A stretch of 64,000 nucleotides of DNA. It comes from Lama glama. Its lineage: Eukaryota. Numbering within the stretch: the first letter of the stretch is position 1; each line of letters begins with the position of its first letter. The translations under genes were made by a program, and so were the position numbers. The stretch is from positions 14,138,001-14,202,000 of the forward strand of contig CM052816.1 of the NCBI GenBank assembly GCA_028534125.1. Reading direction: 5' to 3'. Under the pieces are notes generated by a model. It ran no database searches. It saw only the letters and a list, made by a program, of their open reading frames with translations, and had not been told where the DNA came from. Of the stretch, positions 11,258 to 19,244 are shown one piece after another.

Positions 11258-11825
11258 TTTTGAGACTTCATTTGACTGTGCTGAGGGGTTATCAAGCAGG
11301 TGATTGGGAAGTTGTTTTTCTTGTCAGCCAAATGAATTCAATCCTCCTGTGAAGGGTCTGGCTAATTGGTAGGTGAGGCCATGAGGCCCGAGAAGGTTGG
11401 AGCGGTACAGCTCTGAGCCAGCTGCTGGTTTTTGCTGAGCGGGTGGCCGGAAGGAATCCTACATCACGGTTATAATAGAGAAGATGCATTTGAGAATATG
11501 CCTGCTGGAACCATCTTGGATGCAGCATGTCCCAGGAGAGCTGAGTCATTGCGGACCAAGCTCCCACCCGCCGTGTCTGGCCCTGACTGTGGACCCAGAT
11601 GTTGACAGCTGTGCCCACCCGCCCTGCCTTGGGTGATGGGAGCCTGCTAATGCCAATATCGTTGATGCCTGCAGGCGCTGCTCCCACCCTGGCTTCCTGG
11701 TGGGACTTGTCCATGGGACTTTTTCCTTGAATCTGCCTGTGGTTCCAGGGCTTATTAAAATCCCCAAGCGTTGCCCATGTCTTTGGCTTCATCCATAGAA
11801 AGTGTGCCTGTTTTTAAAGAACCCC
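11258..11825 (+). ncRNA. SPRY4-IT1: Region homologous to the non-Alu part of human intronic lncRNA SPRY4-IT1 (SPRIGHTLY); transcription here unproven
   Basis: Colinear blocks recalled from the human transcript: CTGTGCTGAGGGGTT, GGTTTTTGCTGAGC, GGAATCCTAC, GGTTATAATAG, CTGGCTTCCTGGTGGGACTT, TATTAAAA, CTGTTTTTAAAGAACC. Intronic position is also the expected one. Confidence 0.6.
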
Positions 11826-13989
11826 AGGAATAGAACTGGGAGGAGGAGAGTGGATAATCTCTTTGGGGGAGGGAGTACCATTATTTTTTCCCACACATGG
11901 CAAGTCCCAGTCCTGGTCCTGAGAGACAAAAGCCCAACTACATGGGGCAATACTGCCTTCAAACTGCCACTGACATTTTGCTGGCAGGACCCTGAGTATT
12001 TGTGACCTGAGCTTCTGGAATAAGGGAATCACATCGTCTTTGTCCAGGGTGGGGGTTCCGGCTGAGGCACCTCGTGACTGGTGCCAGAGTCTTACCCTGT
12101 GCCTCTGTCAGCATTTTCCATTCTTATGCCTAGTCACACCTTTTCCTCCAGGCAAAGGGCTGGGACTCGGGACTCCTAACCCTGTTCTCTTGGCCCCAAA
12201 TCCATTATTCTAGAAGCCAGACTTTGGAACTTCCGCAAAGAATAAGTGGCCTGGGGTAGCATTCCCTGAAGTTCTGCCCCGTGGCCAGCCTGATCCTTGG
12301 AAAAACTCCTCTCCATAAATGCTTAACTGACACCGCCCACCCCCCATCCAGCCCTGACCCCAGGGTCCCCAAAGGAGGCTGCCTTGACAAATGACTATTT
12401 CTTGCTGGCAGACCTACCAGACTCTTAAGGCTAACTCTGCCATGGGAAAGTCTCCTCGTTGAAGATGATGGTCTCCTGTCAGCTGGAGGGAACATGGAGG
12501 CAGGAAGCAGGCTCCCCCCAGGCAGACATTCTCCAAGATGGGCAGAAATATGCACAGAAATACCAGCATCTTTTAAGTAGGCAGGGCTGTGGGTGCAAAG
12601 TCAATAGTTCATGCCTTTTGTGAAGGGGAAATACCAGTTGACTGAGCACTGAACCTTAACAGAAGAGACTTAATGCCTTTTCTGCATTTTGCAGTATCCT
12701 GGATGATATCCCCTAGATGAGAACCTTGTGAACAAGCACCCTCTTATTCCCTGCATCAACTTTGCATCAGCCCCAGCTCTTTATTTCAGATAGCTTGGAA
12801 AGCATCTAAGGAAACCCTTCCTCAGCAATTTAACCATTTCTGATCAAATTGTTGTTTCCAAGCAGGCGAAGTACAATACGGAGTTGTCCTGCGTGCCCGT
12901 TTTTTCTTCTCCCCCTCTTCCTTCCTTACTATAGACATTGGGAAGTATGGATGAGTCACCTAGAGCCAGGTGTCTTCTCCTGTGACTGGGATATTGGGAT
13001 GACCAGCTGTGTCCCATGACTGGAGGGATTTGGGGTTAGAACTGGAAGTGGAAAACTATCCACATCCCCATCTTAGGCATCACCTTTGAGGTGAGATTAA
13101 CCTAACAGCAGAGGTACAGGGTCAGCTCTGAATTAGAACATCCTTAGCAACTTGAAAAAGCATTTACCAAAACCCCACCCTACAGCACATTAGTCCAGTG
13201 GTCTTTTTTTTTTTTTTTTTTTTTTTTGAGGTGATCATCTTCCGCTTCTGTCCGCACCCTGGTTATCTGTTCTGTTCCCCACCCCCAAAACCAGCAGAAT
13301 CTTCCCAGAGTCTAATCTTTCGCTGGGATTCCAAATCATGTCCCCTTGGGCAGAGGTCTTGGCCTCTGCTGCTATTTCTTTAAATTGATCTCCAGCCGAA
13401 TTCCGAATGTAAAGGTCAGCAGGCAAGGAAATGGCACTTCTAATAGAAAACAATGTGCACTTTCTAAATTTGAACCAAGCCGTTTCCGCTCTTTGATTTA
13501 AGTGACTTCCTGGGGTTCCGTGTCAGGCACTGCAGTTGAATCTCTGGCCGGATTCCAACTTAAAATTGCACTCTCTCGGTGAAATTAGAAACTGATCCAG
13601 GGTTGGCTTAGCTATTCTAGTAAATAGCATTTAGGCTGAATGTTCAGCTCAGCACTTGGAAATGGGTGATGTGAGTGCCCCTCGGGAGGATTTCCCATCC
13701 AAGTTGTCAGAAGCGCACCTACCCAGGGGTTATTAGCCTCTGGAGGTTGCTGCTCTTAGAAGTGGTGGTAATCAGTTAATATCCTGGACGTGCAGGCATC
13801 AGATACAGCTCTTCCTTCTCTTGTGACTATCTGAAATAAAGGCTTTTGTTTATCCAGCTGATAAACTCAATGGGAGCATACACAGGCTGCCTGTCCTGGT
13901 CACCACATCCTCAGCACTAGGTACAATGCTTGGCACGTCATGCTTATTAGCGCTCAGGAAATCTAGACTTGCTCTCTGGGATGGTGATA

Positions 13990-14450
13990 AATTACAGAGT
14001 ACGTGCTGCGTGCCAGGCAAGATGCTAGGTCTTGGATATGCATTTTCTCATTGAATCCTCACCAGAACCCATTTTACAGATGATAAAACTAAGGCACAGA
14101 GGTGAAAGAACCTTATCCACAGCAATACTGCTAGGCAGAAGTGAGAATTTGAACTTGGATCCGATTCCAGAGCCTGTGTTTAGCACTGTTACGCTATATC
14201 TGAAATCAGGAGCGTGTCCCACGGAGACTGTAAGAATGAACTCGGACGGCCCAGGTTTTAGCCTAGCTCTGTTACTGATGGTTTTGTGTGACTTTGGACA
14301 AGATACTTGAAACATTAGTTTTCTGTAACTAGAAAAGGAATAATAATAATAGTTATGTTTTCGGATTATTGTGAAGTCAATGACTTAATAAATACGGTGC
14401 TTAGAAGAGCCCCTAGCATATAGTAAGTGCTAAATAAGTTATTTCTACCA
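13990..14450. mobile_element. Two adjacent MIR remnants in opposite orientation
   Basis: CCCATTTTACAGATGATAAAACTAAGGCACAGA, then TGTGTGACTTTGGACAAG...TAGTAAGTGCTAAATAA. Confidence 0.65.
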
Positions 14451-14656
14451 CTTACTGTTACTGCTGTTGTCATTGTTAATCATCTAAGCCTTAATGCTGG
14501 AGAGTCCACTGATGGGAGCCTGGTTCTTATTTCGTTTGGGGATGGGTAGGTGTTAACAGGCCACATACTGATGCCTGGAATCCATTCTCTTCCGTTCCTC
14601 CACTCCCCCAGGGCCCCTAGAAGCCTATTCTCGGCGCAGCCCAGGACCTCGGCCCC

Positions 14657-15556
14657 ATGGAGCCCCCGATCCCACAAACCGTCCCCTTGACTCCCAGCTC
14701 AGTCATGGTCCAGCCCCTTCTGGACAGCCGTATGGCCCACAGCAGGCTGCAGCACCCACTCACCATCCTCCCCATCGACCAGATGAAGACCAGCCATGTG
14801 GAGAACGACTATATAGACAACCCTGGCCTGGCGCCCCCCACCGGCCCCAAGCGGGCCCGGGGTGGAGCCCCAGAGCTGGCCCCAACGCCTGCCCGCTGTG
14901 ACCAGGATGTCACCCACCACTGGATCTCCTTCAGCGGGCGCCCCAGCTCTGTGAGCAGCAGCAGCAGCACATCCTCCGACCAGCGGCTCTTAGACCACAT
15001 GGCCCCACCACCCGTGGCCGACCAGGCCTCCCCGAGGGCCGTGCGCATCCAGCCCAAGGCAGTCCACTGCAAGCCGCTGGACCTCAAGGGCCCGGCCATC
15101 CCCCTGGAGCTGGACAAGCACTTCTTGCTGTGCGAGGCCTGCGGGAAGTGCAAGTGCAAGGAGTGCGCGTCCCCCCGGACGTTGCCCTCCTGCTGGGTCT
15201 GCAACCAGGAGTGCCTGTGCTCAGCCCAGACCCTCGTCAACTACGGCACCTGCATGTGCCTGGTGCAGGGCGTCTTCTACCACTGCACCAACGAGGACGA
15301 TGAGGGCTCCTGCGCCGACCACCCCTGCTCCTGCTCCCATTCAAACTGCTGCGCCCGCTGGTCCTTCATGGGTGCCCTCTCCCTGGTGCTGCCCTGCCTG
15401 CTCTGCTACCTGCCGGCCACCGGCTGCGTGAAGCTGGCCCAACGCGGCTACGACCGCCTGCGCCGCCCTGGGTGCCGCTGCAAGCACACGAACAGCGTCA
15501 TCTGCAAGGCGGCCGCCGGGGATGCCAAGGCCAGCAGACCTGACAAGCCTTTCTGA
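14657..15556 (+). CDS. SPRY4: Protein sprouty homolog 4 (299 aa, single coding exon), RTK/ERK feedback antagonist
   Basis: MEPPIPQ start, the N-terminal tyrosine motif ENDYIDNP (Y52), a Ser-rich SSVSSSSSTSSDQRLL segment, the Cys-rich Sprouty domain (CEACGKCKCKEC...RPGCRCK) and the C-terminus SRPDKPF. GC3-rich codons, intact frame. Confidence 0.99.
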   Translation: MEPPIPQTVPLTPSSVMVQPLLDSRMAHSRLQHPLTILPIDQMKTSHVENDYIDNPGLAPPTGPKRARGGAPELAPTPARCDQDVTHHWISFSGRPSSVSSSSSTSSDQRLLDHMAPPPVADQASPRAVRIQPKAVHCKPLDLKGPAIPLELDKHFLLCEACGKCKCKECASPRTLPSCWVCNQECLCSAQTLVNYGTCMCLVQGVFYHCTNEDDEGSCADHPCSCSHSNCCARWSFMGALSLVLPCLLCYLPATGCVKLAQRGYDRLRRPGCRCKHTNSVICKAAAGDAKASRPDKPF

Positions 15557-16510
15557 CACTCGGGGTCGAAGCCCCGGCATTCCCCCTGGAAACTTGGTTC
15601 CCTTCTGACACCTGAGATAACCACCGCAGCGAGACCGGAGGTTTTAGCATCCTGAGGCTGACCTTGCTAGTCTGCACACTCCCCACCCCCAGCTTCCGAA
15701 GAAACAGAGACCACCATCACCCACCCTTCTCTTTCCCCAAAAGGATGAAGAAGCACTTTGGGGGGTTTTTCAGGGTCCTGGAACTTTGTGTGAAACAGAC
15801 AGTGGCAGGGGTGTGGTGTGGTTTGGGGGCAATTTTTCTTTTGCAGAAGATGGAACACAGATGTGGACACATATCCGGAAGTTGCAGCTGCTTTGAATGC
15901 CTCCCAGCCCTCCTCCTCCTCCCTCCCTCCCTCCCTCCCTCCCTCCCCGCTCTTTTTCATTCTCTTTGGCTGCCTGGGAGGAATCAGTAACTGAGTGGCC
16001 AGGGAACCTTTGAAGAAGACCCTTGGAGTCTTGACGTCTATACCTTCTTCTCCTCCCAGCCTCCACCCCGGTTTGCTCAGACATCGTGGGGAAGGTGTAG
16101 ACCCTGGCGGTCCCCATTGTATATATGTGGGAGCCCCCCGAGAACAGAGGCCGGCCAGTGAGTCCCGGCCTCGTTCCTCACTCTGCCTCCCCGGAGCCAC
16201 GGATGGATTTAGGAACCACTGTACAATACATTTCCTCCCTTCCAGCTTCCTCGCTAACTCTCGGGGGTGTTCCACTCATAACACCGTCCTTCGGTTCATA
16301 CCAAGGCACAGACTCACCTGCCCGCTACATGTCCCAAGTCCTCTCTACCCAGATCCTTGCCAGAAACTTTACGGGTAGAGAAGGCTGGGGGCGGCAAACG
16401 CGAGACCAAATAGCATTTTGCCAATGAGTCTGAGGCTGTGGTCTCTGGATCCAGTCATTTAAGTTTTTATAGAATCATTAAACCAGATGCTAACGGTGTT
16501 AAAAAATAAT

Positions 16511-16516
16511 AATAAA
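16511..16516 (+). terminator. Proximal polyadenylation signal AATAAA
   Basis: AATAATAATAAAAC followed by T-rich TTGCTTCTTTTTT. Confidence 0.55.
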
Positions 16517-17805
16517 ACACTTGCTTCTTTTTGGGCCACCCCCAGGAAGGGCTGATTTCAAAATCTGGGGGGCGAGCAACCTCAAGGAGCACCATCCCCC
16601 TCCCCACCAAGAAGAGGATTTTAACAGCAGTGAAGAGAGGCAGCACCTCTCCTTGGCAGAGTGACAGTGAGGCAAGCTGGGTGGGGGTTTCCTCTCTCCT
16701 GATTCTGCTGCTTGCTGTCGTAGCCTTCTGTGTACCATGTCTGTATCTTTCATGTAAATAGACAGATGATGGAAAAAAGTCTATTTTAGTGTCAGGAAGC
16801 CCTGGAGGGGGAGTCAGAATGAGTGCGGGCGGGGGAAAGAATCTCCAGGGGCTTCTTGGGATTGAGCCCTGCTTCTGTGTGTGGCCACACGAGCCCCTCC
16901 CAACAGCCCCCAAAGACGTAGCAACTCTTTCTCTCAAGGTGCTAAAGGACTCAGAAAGTGCAGCTCGTCCAGTGGGTAGGTACTTGTTGCATGCAGAAGC
17001 TGTAATGTGTCTGGTCCTTCCTCCCCAGCTATTGTGGGGGGCAGTTTGCTTCATGTGGTATTTTGTGCCTGCCTCCCCTGCCCTGACCTCCCATGAGAGA
17101 CAGTGGCCTGGGTCAGAAGAGCTACCCCGGGTGATACTGGGAAGGCACTAGGCACAGAGTTCATAGCATTTGCAGTTTGTTCTGTAGGAACAGAAGTGCC
17201 TCCGGGAAGAAGGCAAAGAGGAGGCAGGTAGCTGTGATGGTCAGGCACCCAGTGCTTCTCAAGGACTTTTTTTTTTTTTCCTTCTTGAAGACTAGTAGTA
17301 ACATCTTATGATTTAGACTAAGTTAATTGTAACCACAGGTATTTATTGACTGGAGGAAAGGAGGGGAGGGTCTTTTTATTTCAGGCGTTATTTATGTAAC
17401 ATTTGCTAGCTTGTAAAAGGCAAATACGAAACAGTGCATCTGCGTTTTCTAAGGCTGATTCACGCAGCTACCCTTGCCACGGTCGCCATGGATGTACGGA
17501 CACTCTTGCACAAATCAGAGGGGATGGTAGAAACACACGTTCAGCCAACCACTTACCCTAACTGAATGTATCAGATGTGTGCTGAAGGGACTGGAGATAT
17601 TTTCTTCAGAACAGATGTGCGGAGGTTACGCCCCAAAAGAGAGGGCACACGTCCACTCTGGGTGAAGCCTCAGAACTTTTCCCAAAGCCCCTCCCTCAAA
17701 AGTCTCCATGGGAAACTTGACCCAGTGGCAAGTTGCACTTTGGTGAGCTTGGTGTTCTACCTGCCCATTCTGTGGAGAGTTGATTTACATAAGCTGTGTA
17801 CACAA

Positions 17806-17831
17806 ACACACACACACACACACACACACAC
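17806..17831. repeat. (AC)n microsatellite in the 3'UTR
   Basis: About 13 uninterrupted AC units. Confidence 0.95.
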
Positions 17832-19182
17832 CCCACCGTCTCTGTCTACATAGACCCTGTTTCCTGGCGAATAGCCGCCTGAACCCTGACTTTTTGTGTA
17901 TATAGTTGTAAACACGGATTTTTCTGGGTTTTGGGTTTCTTATTTTCTTCCCTTCCCCCGTTTTGGCTTTCTCTCTTTGGTTCGCATTTAGCCTGCTAGA
18001 TGGATGTCTGCATTACTCCCCGTCGTGTCCCGTGCACTCAGCTTCGGTTCTCCCAGCTCTGTTGCACGGTAGTCCCTCAGCATGTTTTTCTCGGCTTCTT
18101 GGCAGAAAAAAGCAAAAGAAAACTGGCTTGCCTGTGGCCCCCGGGGACCAGCCGAGGGCCAATGAAGGGACCAAGCTCTCAGAAACAACAACACGTTTCT
18201 GGGCGGCTTCCGGCTGATGGTGTTTGCTGTCACCAGTGGCTTGCTTGGCTGCATGAGGCCTCGTCTTGACCTTTTTAGAAAAGTGCCAGCTGCTTCCCAC
18301 TTCTGTTCAACCTGGGGTGGCTGGTGGTTCTGCCTGGCCTGGAACTGAGGTGGGGTCCACAAGGCTGGGTCCAGGACCCCTGTCCTAAGGGGCCACAGAC
18401 ACTTTCCCTCGAGGGTGGGTCTGAAGGCCCAAGCACCCTGGGAACTGAGTCTGGGAGAGCCACGCCCTCGCAGATAGATGGCGAGGTACAACAGAGGCTT
18501 CTCACAGTCCCTGCTGTTGATACGGGCCCTTCACAGCTGACAGGTGGGAGAATTTACGCGACACGCCTGGTCCTTCCAGCCTTCTGGGGTCTGTGCATGT
18601 CCCCGTTGTACATGGAGCGAGGCCCAGTTGGCTCAGGATGAGTCCCACTGGAAAGTGTGGGTTGGGACCAGCACCCAGATTACATCACCGCGAAGCTTCC
18701 CGATCTCCCGTGCTGCCCCAGCCGATGTCCATTGGGGTGTGGGCCACGCGACTGCACTGTACAAGTCACTAGGGCATCCCATCCCGCAGTCTGCACCCGT
18801 CTTCTGGTTCATGCCTTCGGTGAGCATTTTCTTGCCCTCTGCTGACTGTGACAGTTGAAGACACATCTTACGCTGCCATTTTTTGCTGTGGGTAACTCCG
18901 TGTGGTGTCTTATCTTGCTTTCTCTTCTTGCTGCCCCGCTGTTTGGTTTCGTGTTACAAACAGAAAAGCTGTCCAAGGGTCCCACCCTGGCACATTTTTT
19001 CCCTCTTCACTGTAACCCCTTCTCACCCCACAACAAAAGTTACCACAGAAGGTTTTCTTTGTATAGAATATTTATTTTGAAGCTCTATTTTAATAGTATT
19101 TATTTTAGAAAGTCTACTATTGTAAGAGTTCTTCTGTTTGTGAAGAAAAAGCAAGTTAAAAACTGAATGTACTGATCTAGAA

Positions 19183-19244
19183 AATATATATAAATATATA
19201 TTGTTAAATATACACAGGACTGCTGTTTCTCGTGTGTTTGTGTC
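19183..19244 (+). terminator. Distal poly(A) site with non-canonical hexamers
   Basis: AATATA (19183, 19193) and TATAAA (19189), upstream TGTA at 19121 and 19168, CA at ~19213, and downstream GT-rich TGTTTCTCGTGTGTTTGTGTC. Confidence 0.6.

Larger units (their letters stand above)
5425..14611 (+). other. SPRY4: SPRY4 5'UTR intron (GT-AG)
   Basis: GTAAGT donor at 5425; pyrimidine tract TTCTCTTCCGTTCCTCCACTCCCCCAG ending at 14611. Confidence 0.88.
15557..19214 (+). other. SPRY4: SPRY4 long 3'UTR (3' end inferred)
   Basis: No recognisable interspersed repeats. Has AU-rich blocks and Pumilio and miRNA seed matches, and ends in an AT-rich signal followed by a GT-rich element. Confidence 0.75.

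Noticed and set aside
13204..13236. T24-GAG followed by GTGATC, resembling a splice site
   Set aside because: GAG is a poor acceptor and I found no convincing partner site; treated as a homopolymer.
14699..15580. Antisense ORFs over the SPRY4 CDS
   Set aside because: Shadow ORFs caused by GC-rich codon usage of the real gene.
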